A DNA stretch of 64,000 nt from the NCBI RefSeq assembly GCF_009914755.1, contig NC_060926.1, one strand, 5' to 3'. Of this stretch, positions 40,646 through 51,909 are shown piece by piece. Every line of letters begins with the position of its first letter. Within the stretch, counting starts at the first letter, position 1. The stretch comes from the human T2T-CHM13v2.0 reference genome, Homo sapiens. The notes beneath the pieces are model-generated. The model was not told the origin of the DNA, made no database searches, and saw only the letters and a program-made list of their open reading frames with translations. A program made the position numbers and the translations under genes.

Positions 40646-41415
40646 TATATTAGGCTGCTCTTGCATTGCTATAAAGGAATACCTGAGGCTGGGTAATTTA
40701 TAAACAAAAGGGGTTTAATCAGCTCACAGTTCTGCAGGCTGTATTGCAGACAAGCACTTTGCAGCAGAAACTCAGGACAACCATCCTGAGGTGTCTGTTA
40801 TTCACGGATATTTGATTACTTTAGGTTAGTTCATCTTTCTCTCATGTTTTGTCTTTCAATTTTTTTGGTCTTCTGATAGTTTTCACAAAATAACTGCCTT
40901 GATCCATACTAGAAGCAAGTACTTAGCAGCCACATTTCCCCAAGTCACCATAGTGAATTCATGAAGACAAATGCATTATGCTGGCTTGCACTGTGTTGCT
41001 ATGAATACATAAGGAGACGATGGTATTCTTTCCTTACGTTTAGATGCTAACATCACAGAGTACCTCACCCTCAAAGAATTGTCCCAGGGGTTATAAGCAT
41101 GGCACCAATATGTACTCAGCTTCTGGGGAGGGCTTCAGGAAGTTTGTAATTATGGTGGGGGGCAAAACCAGAGCAAGCACATCACATGGTGAGAGTGGGA
41201 GCAAGAAGGATGTGAGGGAGGTCCCGACTTTTCAACAACCAGATCTTGCATGAACTAACTGAGCAAGAACTCACTCATCACCAAGAGGGTGGTGCTAAAC
41301 TATTCATGAGGGATCCGCCCCATGATGCAATCACCTTCCACCAGGCCCCACCTCCAACACTGGGAATCACATTTCAACATGAGATTTGGAGGGTACAAAC
41401 ATCCACACCGTATCA
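40646..41415 (-). mobile_element. MSTB-like MaLR LTR carrying a 353-bp insertion
   Basis: TTGCATTGCTATAAAGGAATACCTGAGGCTGGGTAATTTATAAA...ATTTCAACATGAGATTTGGAGGG; 5-bp TSD GGGGG (40641-40645 / 41416-41420). Confidence 0.9.
40742..41094 (+). repeat. Inserted copy of 38066-38422
   Basis: Interrupts the MST sequence between CTGCAGGCTGTA and AAGCATGGC. Confidence 0.95.
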
Positions 41416-41709
41416 GGGGGTATACATCTTAAGGGACCATTATTCTGCCAACCACTATTTGCTTTCCCCACTTGCTTGGAGTGGATGTAACCAACATGGG
41501 TAAAATTGCCAAGTAGCCGTGATGGGATTAAGAACTATTTTAACAATCTCCTAGTTGGACTCATGTGTTCCTGGCCTTCCCTTACTCTAATCCATCCCAT
41601 GCTGTTGCCAGATGACTCTTCAAAAACACAGGTTCAATTTGGCTATTTTCTGTTCAATATCCTCCAGTGACCTATATGACTTCTCAAAGTATAAAACATT
41701 CTCTGAAAT

Positions 41710-41870
41710 GTAATGATGATAAGACAGTTATCTAGGTATCTCTCATGAATTATCAAACAGTCTTTACAACAGCCCAAATAGGTTGCTGCTTTTACTGTCC
41801 CCAGTTTATGGAAGAGCTCACAGAAGATAAAACAGGTTCAGAGAGGTTGGGTAAATTTCCCTAGCCCCAA
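41710..41870 (-). mobile_element. MIR SINE
   Basis: CTTTACAACAGCCC...GGTTCAGAGAGGTTGGGTAAATTTCCC. Confidence 0.6.
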
Positions 41871-41889
41871 TATCCTTTATACTCTCATT

Positions 41890-42268
41890 TGAATGTTGAC
41901 AAACTATGGCCCACAGCACAAGCTAAATCTGGCCCACTGTCTATTTCTGTACAACATGCAAGCTAAGAATTGCTTTTACACATGAGTGTTTTGATCTATG
42001 TGATGAAAAGGAACACTAAGGTTGAACCCCAATGAAGTAAAACGTTATCTCTCCCAAAAGAGAAATTCATACTTCTTAGTAGACATATATTACAAAAAAA
42101 ATTGTACTTAAATATTACCTGTATTTCATCAATAACAAATTTGTGGACATTTCCATTCTCTTTTATTATATAAGCACCTACATAATATCGTCAATATTTG
42201 CCTCTTGACCTACAAATCCTAAAATATTTACTATCTGGCCCTTTACAGAAAATGTTTGCCAGCCCCCT
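41890..42268 (+). mobile_element. MER58 family hAT MITE (MER58D-like)
   Basis: GACAAACTATGGCCC...AAATCTGGCCCAC...AAAATATTTACTATCTGGCCCTTTACAGAAAATGTTTGCCAGCCCC. Confidence 0.85.
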
Positions 42269-43017
42269 CTCTAGCCAATTGTTTTTCAAATTTGAGTAAA
42301 ATATATATACTCCTTCTAAAGGAAATATATTATTTCACATGCCCAATGTTGAATTAAATCATATCATTACAATGTTACTAAATATGATCAAACATGAACT
42401 TGATAAAAGAAAAAAACTCATGCTTATCGCTCTTAAAGAACTACAAATCAAAAATTATTTATGAATTAAATACAAATAGGCTTACAAAACCAGTAAAATT
42501 CAAGTAACATCAACTTGGTGTACTTAATCATGGTGTTCTAATTCAACTCACAGCACTGTGAGAATGATTTACACGGCTCAGCACAGATGATAAGATGGCC
42601 ATATACAACCGGAATATGAAAAGGTGCTCAACATCATTAATCATCAAGGAAATGCAAATCAAAACCACTATGAGATACCACCTCACATCCCTTAAAACAG
42701 CTATCACCAAAAAGTCAAAAAATAACAAGTATTGGTGAGGGTGTGAAGAAAAGGGAACTCTTTTACACTGTTGATAGGAATATAAATTCGTACAGCCATT
42801 ATGGAAAACAGTATGGAGATTTCTAAAGAAATTAAAAATTGGACTACCATAAGACCCAGCAATTCCTCTTCTGTGTATATAGCCAAAGGAAAAAAATCAC
42901 CTCCTCTTAAGATATCTGCACTTCCATGTTGATTGTAACATTATTCACAATAGCCAAGATAGGGAAAAAAACTTAAGTGTCCATTGACAGATGACTGGAT
43001 AAAGAAACTGTGATATA

Positions 43018-45405
43018 CAAGCATATCTCATTTTATTGCTCTTCACTTTTCCACTTCACAGATATTGCTTTTTTTTTTTTTTTTTTTTTTTACACTTTGC
43101 AGGATTATGGTAACCCTGTATTGAGCAAGTCTATCGGCACCATTTTTCCAACAGCATGTGCTCACTTCGTGACTCATTATTATAATTCACATACTATTTC
43201 AAACTTATATTATTATATCTGTTATGGTGATCTGGGATGAGTGATTTTTGATGTTACTATTATTATAACCACTTAGGGGCACTACAGTGTTTGTATAAGA
43301 TGGTAAATGTAATCAATAAACGTTGTATGTGTTCTGACTACTCCTCCAACCAGCCTTTCTTCTGTCTCTCATAAGGATTTCCCAATGCCTGGGACACAAC
43401 AATATTGAAACTAGGCCAGTTAATAACCCTACAATGGCCTCTAAGTGTTCAAGTGAAAGAAAGAGCCATAAGTCTCTCTCTCTTTTCATTGAAAGCTAGA
43501 AATGATTAAGCATAGTGAGGAAGGCACATGGAAAGCCAAGACAGGTCGAATGCTAGGCCTCTTGTGTCAAACAATTAGCCAAGTTGTGAATGTAAAGGAA
43601 AAGTTCTTGAATGACATGTAAAGTATGACTCCAGTGAACACATGAATGATAAGAAAGTGAAATGGCCTTACTGCTGATAGGAAGAAAGCTTTTTATGGTC
43701 TGGATAGAAGATCAAACTAGCCACAATATTCCCTTAAGCTAAAGCCTAATTCAGAGTAAGGCCCTATTTCTCTTCAATTCTTCGAAGGCTGTGAGAGGTG
43801 AAGAAGCTGCAGAAGAAAAGTTTGACGCCAGCAGAGGTTGGGTCATTAGATTTAAGGAAAGAAGCCATCTCCATAACATAAAAGTCCCAGGTGAAGCAGC
43901 AAGTGCTGATGTAGAAGCTGCAACAAGTTCTCCAGAAGATCTAGCTAAGACCATTGATGAAGGTGGCTACACTAAACAACAGATTTTCACAAAACAGCCT
44001 TCTATTAAAAGAAGATGCCATCTAGAATTTTCGCAGCTAAAGAGGAGAAGGCAATTTCTGGCTTCAAAGCTTCAAAGGACAAGCTGACTATCTTGCCAGG
44101 GGCTAATGCAGCTTGTGACTTTAAGTTGAAACCAATCTCCATTTACCATTCCAAAGATCCTGGGTCCCTTAAGAGTTATACTAAATCTACTCTTCCTGTG
44201 TTTTAGAAATGCAACAACAAAACCTGGTTGACAGCATATCTGTTCACAGCATGGTTTCCTAAATTTTTTAAGCCCACTGTTGAGACCTATTGCTTAGGAA
44301 GAAGAGTCCTTTCAAAATGTTACTGCTTATTGCCAACGCACCCAGTCACCCAAGAGCTCTGATGGAGATGCACAAGGAGATTCCTGTGGTTTTCATGTCT
44401 GCTGTCACATCGATTCTGCAGCCCATGGACCAAGGGGTAGTTTTGACTTTCAAGTCTTACTACTTAAGAAACACATTTTGTAAGGCTATAGCTGCCATAG
44501 ATAATGATTCCTCTGGTGGATCTGGGCAAATTCAATTGAAAACCTCTGGAAAGGATTCACCATTCTAGGTGCCATTAAGAACACTGTGATTCATGGAAGG
44601 CAGTCAGAATATCAACATTAACAAGAATGTGGAAGACGTTTATTTCAACCTTCACGGATGTCTTTGAGGGGTTCAAGACTTCAGTGGAAGAAGTAACTAT
44701 AGATGTGGAAATAGCAAGAGAACTAGAGTTAGAAGTGGAGCCTCAAGATATGACTGAATTGCTGTAATCTCATGATCAAGTTTGAATGGATGAAGAGTTG
44801 CTTTCATGGGTGAGCAAAGAAAGTCGTTTCTTGAGATGGAATCTATTCCTGGTGTAGATGCTGTAAACATTATTGAAATGACAACAAAATATTTAGAATA
44901 TTACATAAACTTAGTTGATAAAGCAGCAGCAGGATTTGAGGGAATGGACTCTAATTTTGAAAGAAGGTCTACTGTGGTTGAAAAGCTATCAAACAGCATC
45001 ACATGCTGGACAGAAATCTTTCATGAAAGGAAGAGTCCATTGATGCAACAAATTTCATTGTTGTCTTATGTTTTATAAGATATTTTGTATTTTGCCACAA
45101 CCACCCTAACCTTCAGCAACCACCTGATCGGTCAGCAGCCATGAACATTGAGGCAAGACCCTCCACCCACAAAAAGAAGATGTCTTGCTGAAGGCTCAGA
45201 TGATTGTTTGCAGTTTTTAGCGGTAAAATATTTTTAATTATGTACAATTTTTAGACATCATGCTATTGTACAATTAATAGACTACAGTACAGTGTCAACA
45301 TACCTTTTATATGTATTGGCAAGCCAAAAAATGTGTATTACTCACTTTATTGCAATATTTGCTTTACTGCAGTGATCTGGAACTCAACCTGCAATTGTAT
45401 TCCTA
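43018..45405 (+). mobile_element. Near full-length Tigger1 (TcMar-Tigger) DNA transposon
   Basis: Left end CAAGCATATCTC, degenerate right end GTATTCCTA, TA target duplication, ~2.39 kb, transposase peptides present. Confidence 0.95.
43430..44790 (+). pseudogene. Disrupted Tigger1 transposase (CENP-B-like HTH + DDE domain)
   Basis: Frameshifted fragments [38 protein letters not shown] and [18 protein letters not shown]; multiple stops. Confidence 0.9.
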
Positions 45406-45794
45406 TACATAAAACAGAATACTGTTCAGCCGTAAAAACAAACAAGCTTTGCCACAACACGCATGAGCCTGGAGAACATTATGCTAAGTGAAATAAATCA
45501 AACACAGAAAAAAAATATTGCATGATCTCACTTTGAAATCAAAAAAGTGGAAAAACTTTAAATATACAGAGATAAAGAATAAAACAGTGGTTACCAGGGG
45601 TGAGGGGGAGAGAAGGAATGAGGAGATGTAAGTCAGAGGATCCAAAGGAGCAGATATGTCAGATGAACAAGTCTAGAGAACCAATGTGCAATGTGAAAAC
45701 TATAGGGAATAATATTGTATTGCATTTTGGATTTATGCTAAATGAGTATATTTTAGCTGTTCTTGCCACAAAAACAAGTAAGTGGTAACCATAT

Positions 45795-47231
45795 TAAGAG
45801 GTGACAGCGTGCTGGCAGCCCTCGCAGCCCTCACTCGCTCTCGGGGCCTCCTGGCCTTGGCGCCCACTCTGGCCGTGCTTGAGGAGCCCTTCAGCCCGCC
45901 GCTGCACTGCGGGAGCCCCTTTCTGGGCTGGCCAAGACCGGAGCCGGCTCCCTCAGCTTGCTGGGAGGCGTGTAGGGAGAGGTGCCAGCAAGCAGGAACC
46001 GGGGCTGCGTGCAGCGCTTGCGGGCCAGCTGGAGTTTTGGGTGGGTGTGGGCTTGGTGGGCGCTCCACTGGGAGCGGCCGGCCGGCCCTGCCAGCCCAGG
46101 CAATGAGGGGCTTAGCGCCCGGGCCAGCGGCTGCGGAGGGTGTGCTCGGTCCCCGAGCAGTGCCGGCCCACTGGCCCTGCGCTGGATTTCTCGCCGGGCC
46201 TTAGCTGCCTCCCCGCGGGGCAGGGCTGGGGACCTGCAGCCCACCATGCCTGAGCCTCCCCCAACTCCGTGAGCTTCTGTGCGGCCTGAGCCTCCCCGAC
46301 GAGTGCCGCCCCCTGCTCCAAGGCGCCCAGTCCCATCGACCATCCAAGGGCTGAGGAGTGTGGGCGCACGGCACGGGACTGGCAGGCAGCTCCACCTGCG
46401 GCCCTGGTGTGGGATCCACTGGGTGAAGCCAGCTGGTCTCCTGAGTCTGGTGGGGACTTGGAGAACCTTTATGTCTAGCTAAGGGATTGTAAATACACCA
46501 ATCTGCACTCTGTATGTAGCCCAAGGTTTGTAAACACACCAATCAGCACCCTGTGTCTAGCTCAGGGTTTGTGAACGCACCAATTGACACTCTGTATCTA
46601 GCTACTCTGGTGGGGACTTGGAGAAACTTTGTGCCCACATTCTGCATCTAGCTAATCTAGTGGGGATGTGGAGAACTTTTGTGTCTAGCTCAGGGATTGT
46701 AAACGCACCAATCAGCACCCTGTCAAAATGGACCAATAAGCTCTCTGTAAAACAGACCAATCAGCTCTCTGTAAAATGGACCAATCAGCAGGACGTGGGT
46801 GGGGCCAGATAAGAGAATAAAAGCAGGCTGCCCAAGCCCGCAGTGGTAACCGGTGGGGTCCTCTTCCACACCGTTAAGGCTTTGTTCTTTCACTCTTTGG
46901 GTCCACACTGCCTTTATGAGCTGTAACACTCACGACAAGGGTCTGCAGCTTCACTCCTGAAGCCAGCGAGACCACGAACTCACCGGGAGAAAGGAACCAC
47001 GCCAGACGCGCCGCCTTAAGAGCTGTAACACTCACCCTGAAGGTCTGCAGCTTCACTCCTGAGCCAGCGAGACCACAAACCCACCAGAAGGAAGGAACTC
47101 CGAACACATCCAAACATCAGAAGGAACAAACTCCAGACACGCCGCCTTTGAGAACTGTAACACTCACCGTGAGGGTGTGAGGCTTCATTCTTGAAGTCAG
47201 TGAGACCAAGGACCCACCAATTCTGGACACG
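45795..47231 (+). mobile_element. LTR12C-like (ERV9) solo LTR
   Basis: Starts TAAGAGGTGACAGCGTGCTGGCAG and ends CCACCAATTCTGGACACG; CCAAT-containing tandem subrepeats at 46470-46790; U5 repeats; 4-bp TSD ATAT/TTAT. Confidence 0.95.
46470..46850 (+). promoter_or_regulatory. ERV9 U3 enhancer/promoter (NF-Y CCAAT array, GATA, AATAAA TATA-like box)
   Basis: Repeated CACCAAT/GACCAAT, AGATAA 46807-46812, AATAAA 46816-46821; this is the established LTR12 promoter architecture. Confidence 0.7.
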
Positions 47232-47584
47232 TTATGAGTTGACAGCTATATTAATTTGTTTTACCTGAGTAACCTTTTAACTATCTTTAGGTATCCCATA
47301 ACATTATGGTTGTGTACCTTAAATACATACAATAAATTTTATTTAAAATAAAATGGCTATATAGATGGCTCAAAATATGTTCATGTTCATTATCTTGTGG
47401 TTATTAAAGCAAAACTAAATTAAAATAATGTAATAATTAGCTTATAATCAAAGCTGCCTTAATAATACCTACATGAACCCAGAGAAGTTCACAGACCCCT
47501 AATTTGAGAAACACTTCTCTAACTAATAAAAATTGTTTGCAGTTGCCCTAAACATGCTTCATGCAACTCTTTGTGTCTCTGATC

Positions 47585-47706
47585 CTACTGTTTCCTCCTC
47601 CTGGCTCTAATCACCTGCAAAACTCCCAAATCCCTATCCCTATTGCTACTATTTCCTCCTCTGGGCTCCAACCACCTGCGAAACTCCCAAATACCTATTT
47701 CCATTT
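47585..47706. repeat. 61-bp tandem duplication
   Basis: 47585-47645 vs 47646-47706, 11 mismatches. Confidence 0.9.
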
Positions 47707-48289
47707 CTGGAGGGGCGTTTCACAAGCCAAAGGGTATGTTGGGCATCAGAGAGGCCAAACAACTCAGGATGGCTTATAGAAAACTTGTGCCTACAGGAAG
47801 CTGTGTGTTGTGCAATGGCAAACCAATCCAATAAGTCTGTTTCCTGGGTGGAATAAATGCTAGATGATCAAGAAGGAGATAGGTCTCAGCACTGGGCTGT
47901 GTCCCTCTGAGCTCTGGCCATGTTGGCACTGATATCCAAATCAACTGTATAACTGCCCAAAGGGTTCCTAAAGCTGCCCAACATTCCCACATGGCCTTAT
48001 CATAATCTCTCATCCATGGCGATCACTGATGTGCATCTTTCTCTTCCTTAAAGCGTTCAATTCACACCAAATATTCTCCCTGTTGGCCCTGCCTAATTTC
48101 TTTCTGGAAATTTTTTTCAGAATATTTTCATGCCCAGTTTCTCCTTTTTCTCCCAGTCTCCACATCATTTAAAGACATTGGTAAGTCAAAAGACAATGGT
48201 TACTGAGAACAGGAAAACCTGGGAAAATGGAATGGGGCTTTCACAGGAACTCATGGTGTAACCTTGGGCATTCATTGGGCAAACATTTT

Positions 48290-48731
48290 TGTGGAGTCCT
48301 AATAAGGGGAAAGGATTCAGGCTGCAGGGAGCAGGGGAAACCAAAAAGAAAAAGCAGATAAGCTCTAAGTCTGCCTTTCTTTGTGGTCCAGAACACGTAG
48401 CCCTCCTGCCCAAATAACTCACAATCTTCCTGTGCTCGACTTATCGCAAGACCCGCAGCTGACAGAAAAATGCCAGTAAGCTCACCGCAACCTTGGCATT
48501 ATCAGTACTGCACATAGCCCTCTCCAGCACAAGCATCATCCTATGAAATCCCCAGCAAGCCTTTGTCTCTTTGCAGTCAGCTTCTCTCTTACTGATCTGC
48601 CCATTGCATCCTCACAACGTACTTTCATACTTTCTCTAATAAATCTGCCTTTCTCTAATAAATCTGCAACTGTCTTGGTAAACTCCTTTACCACCCATGC
48701 CACTGGCCTCAGCAAGTCGCTACCTATGACA
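48290..48731 (+). mobile_element. MER83 (ERV1) solo LTR
   Basis: TGTGGAGTCCTAATAAGGGGAAAGGATTCAGGCTG...TGACA; flanked by ATTTT/ATTTT. Confidence 0.85.
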
Positions 48732-49239
48732 ATTTTTATCCTAGTTTTCCCATCATGAATATAATTGCTATAAAGAACAGTTTTTCTGAAGGATACATAT
48801 ATATCATTTTTCATTCTCTACAGATTTGGAGTTGGCTTGTGTCAAAGTAACAAGTCAGTGTAAATTTAAATGAGAATCATAAGTGGATGGCTGACTAATC
48901 TTCAGTTATGGCAATTATAACTTAAGTTATAACACCTACCAGATGTTACTTTGTGCAATAGAAGAGAAATATAAACTGTAAAACAGAAATTATCAAGAGT
49001 GAATAAAATAATCAACTGCCCCCAATTAAAGGTAACTCAAAGGCAAGAAAGTGGTGTTTTTATGTCTTTGGTACTAACATAGAATAGATTCTCTCATTCA
49101 ATAGTGTTTTTTGAGTCCCCAGTAAATCGTCTGTATTAAGTTACAGGAACCACAATACTTGGCTCCAGACCTCAAGAAGCTAAGAGAAACAGACACAAAG
49201 AGAAACAATATCTGTTGGCTGAAGTGCCAGATAACTTTG

Positions 49240-49400
49240 TTTATACTATGTTATTTATTTTTCCCAAGTGATGGAGATATATATTTTTACTCATTTTATA
49301 TCAGAAGAAACAGAGGCTTGGAGAGACAAAATAACATGCCCAAAGTCCCATATCTTGCATGTGACAGAACCATGATTCAAAACCAGGTCTCTCCATAGAT
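49240..49400 (-). mobile_element. MIR SINE
   Basis: CATTTTATATCAGAAGAAACAGAGGCT...GATTCAAAACCAGGTCT. Confidence 0.7.
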
Positions 49401-50859
49401 CCAAAACCCTTGAACTTGCCATAAAGTTAAGTTTTCTCCCAATGAACATAACAACTCTGGGAATAATTACAATTTTTAAAATTTCATGAAGGGGCACACA
49501 CAACACTGTAGATAGTCAAAGGAGATAGAGAACATGGAATGTTTCTCTGAAGTTCATAGACATTAATAGGTAATAGCAAGGAAACAAGCTGCTAGGTCCT
49601 TAAGATCTGCAACAAAATATATATCTAAAAAAAAATCACAAGATGCCATCATGAACATACAGGCTTGAATGTAAGAAACATTCATGTTGTGTATTTTTAG
49701 TCTCCCTCTCACCCCACCTAGTTATAGTATACTCTTTTTAAAACTACCCAGTGGTGTGTGTTTGTGTGTATGTGTTTATTTAAATTTTTTTCTTTTAACA
49801 CATTCATTTTAAAGGCAGCTGTTTTCTGAGTTGCTGGATTTTTGTGGTCTCTATTTTGACTTCTCTGTTTTTAAAACTAAGACTTTTTGTCCACATATGT
49901 GTACCCTGTCCTTACATCCCCGCCTCTCCTGGGTTCCCTCTCCAACTAAGCTAGGATGTGCTGGTCTAGTGTAATGTATCAACTATTTGTGGCCTGGAGT
50001 AGAAAAAGAGCCCTAGTGAGATTTTATATATCAAGCAGGGAACTTCTGGATTCCATTGCTCAATATAGAGTTTCCAATATCACGATGGCATTAATTAGTA
50101 TATCACCTATGACCTGAGATGTTGGGTACTATATGGATATAATTTATCACAGCAGAAAGCTGAGGGCATTTCATCTGAAACAAGACTATGTTCTCAGTGT
50201 GTAAGAATGAGAAATCATTCGCCTTCTGTCTTATCCCACTCTTATCACGCAACCAGAAACAACATTCAACTACGAAGATGAATGTGTGCCTCTCTGCACC
50301 CATCCCATGGTTTTACTCAAATGGGAAACTGCACATGTAAGTGTCTCTGCTCACCCTACCTCCCAAAGGGGACATCGAGACCTTTTCACTGGTCTTGATA
50401 TTGGTCAGCCCTCATTTTCTGGAGAGGAAGGATGAGATATAAGAATGGAGTAAAATCCTAGGATCAGCTCACAAAGCAAGCCTTGAGACTGAGCAGCAAT
50501 GACAAACACACCATTGAGACTAATGGGGTAGAAGCAAGAAAATGGAACTACTCACCAATTAAGATGATTATGTAATGGGAGAGAACTAGGTAAAAGCAAA
50601 TTTGGAACACGGTCCCCTAATGATATTATTTTATAGCAAAAATGCCTAAGCAAAGAACAGAGTGACAGAGCCCCTTGCCACTTTTTCATTTAAACACAGG
50701 ATACAAGGGTTACCTTAAGATCTTAATTTCATTCTGCCCCCACATAATTAGCATACCATGAATGCTGATTGAGAGACAGATGTCACCGGGAAGCAGCTCC
50801 ATGAGGCAGAAGGCCATCCCTCATTCTCCCATGTTTGTATTGCCTTCTAGGTTCCAAAG

Positions 50860-51030
50860 CACTCACAGATGTGTTATTTCATGTTTTCTCAATAATTCTG
50901 GGGTGTAACAGGGCAGAATATTACCCCATTTTAGGAATTAGGAAATTAAGATTCAGAAAGGTAGAATGACTCATTCAAGCTCACACAGGTATTTTGTACC
51001 AGAGGATTATCTGTAATACAGGCCCTCCAG
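50860..51030 (-). mobile_element. MIR SINE
   Basis: CCCATTTTAGGAATTAGGAAATTAAGATTCAGAAAGG...CTCACACAG. Confidence 0.65.
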
Positions 51031-51189
51031 TGCACAGATTTAATTTTATTCTTGGAGAAGGTTGAAGATGAGAAGCCCTGTCTGTGCACTCCTTATCTAT
51101 CCCTCTCATTTCTGTAGGATTAGTGGCCACATATCACTGGGAACAATCCAGATCACTAGTAACAATCACTAATTCTAATTAGTTTAATA

Positions 51190-51320
51190 AGCATTACCTT
51201 TGTGTTTCAGATTCCTCGTCTCTAAGGTGGGATATTGACAGTACGGACCTTATAAGGTGGTTTTGAGGATTCAATGAATTGATGCATCTAGAAAAGCGGC
51301 TGGCACACAGCTAATATTAG
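51190..51320 (+). mobile_element. MIR SINE
   Basis: TTTCAGATTCCTCGTCTCTAAGGTGGG...TTTTGAGGATTCAATGA. Confidence 0.65.
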
Positions 51321-51502
51321 TGATAATCCCTACCTTTTTTCTTATCTTGCAAACAAAGCCCACCTGCTCACAAGTAACTGTTTCCCTAGCTCCCTGTTTA
51401 TTCAGTACAAATGCAGTAACCTCAAGATTTCTCAGTTTTGTTGAGATTCCAGAGTCATAACAAGCCTTAGTTTAGACACTAAAATGCTTACTTTTTCTTT
51501 CA

Positions 51503-51692
51503 TTTTTTTTTTCTTTTTTAAGAGGAAGGGTCTTGCTATGTTGCCAAGGCTAGAGTGCAATGGCCATTCACAGGTATGATCATAGTGCACTACAGCCTTG
51601 ACTTGCTACTTGCTTGATCCTAGACTCAAGGGATCCTCCTGCCTCAACCTCCTGAGTAGCTGAGACTACAAGCACATGACATCATACTCAGC
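51503..51692 (-). mobile_element. FAM (fossil Alu monomer)
   Basis: 7SL-like diagnostic TGGCCATTCACAGGTATGATCATAGTGCACTACAGCC; single monomer. Confidence 0.85.
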
Positions 51693-51909
51693 TGTTGCTT
51701 CCTGTCTTTTGACTACCAAGAAGACTCTTAATTTTTTATTGTGTGTACTCATGTTTTAAAAGATTTCATCTACTAGCTGCATTTATTAAATAATAATCTA
51801 TGTGGCCTCCTTACTAGGAAATACACTATTTCCTTATGCCTTTATAGCACTGAAAATAGAGTTCACAGTCTCCCACTGCTCCTGGAGGACCACAGATTGA
51901 GAATCACTG

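Larger units (their letters stand above)
40189..41456 (-). mobile_element. MLT1D-like MaLR LTR, split by MSTB
   Basis: TGTATTAATTTTCTATTGCTGCC...GGGGAGAATCTGTTTTCTTGCCTTTTCCA; resumes at 41421 with CATCTT...CCATTATTCTGCCAACCAC. Confidence 0.85.
42606..47348 (+). mobile_element. L1MA7-like 3' fragment in three pieces (42606-43017, 45406-45794, 47232-47348)
   Basis: GGAAATGCAAATCAAAACCAC ORF2 end; GTATCCCATAACATTATG 3' UTR; TSD TAARATGGCYATATA (42591-42605 / 47349-47363). Confidence 0.9.
42276..47515. mobile_element. Probable hAT-Charlie-type element (~480 bp of own sequence) split by L1MA7
   Basis: TIR-like ends CAATTGTTTTTCAAA and TTTGAGAAACACT; halves at 42276-42605 and 47364-47515. Confidence 0.5.

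Noticed and set aside
43791-45078. TIGD1-like protein fragments
   Set aside because: Frameshifted Tigger1 fossil with TIRs, not a gene.
45733-47113. Cluster of overlapping GC-rich ORFs resembling a CpG-island gene start
   Set aside because: All lie inside the LTR12C solo LTR; they are stop-poor because of GC content.
46470-47170. Spaced repeats superficially like a CRISPR array
   Set aside because: These are the known U3/U5 subrepeats of ERV9 LTRs; there are no unique spacers or cas genes, and the DNA is eukaryotic.
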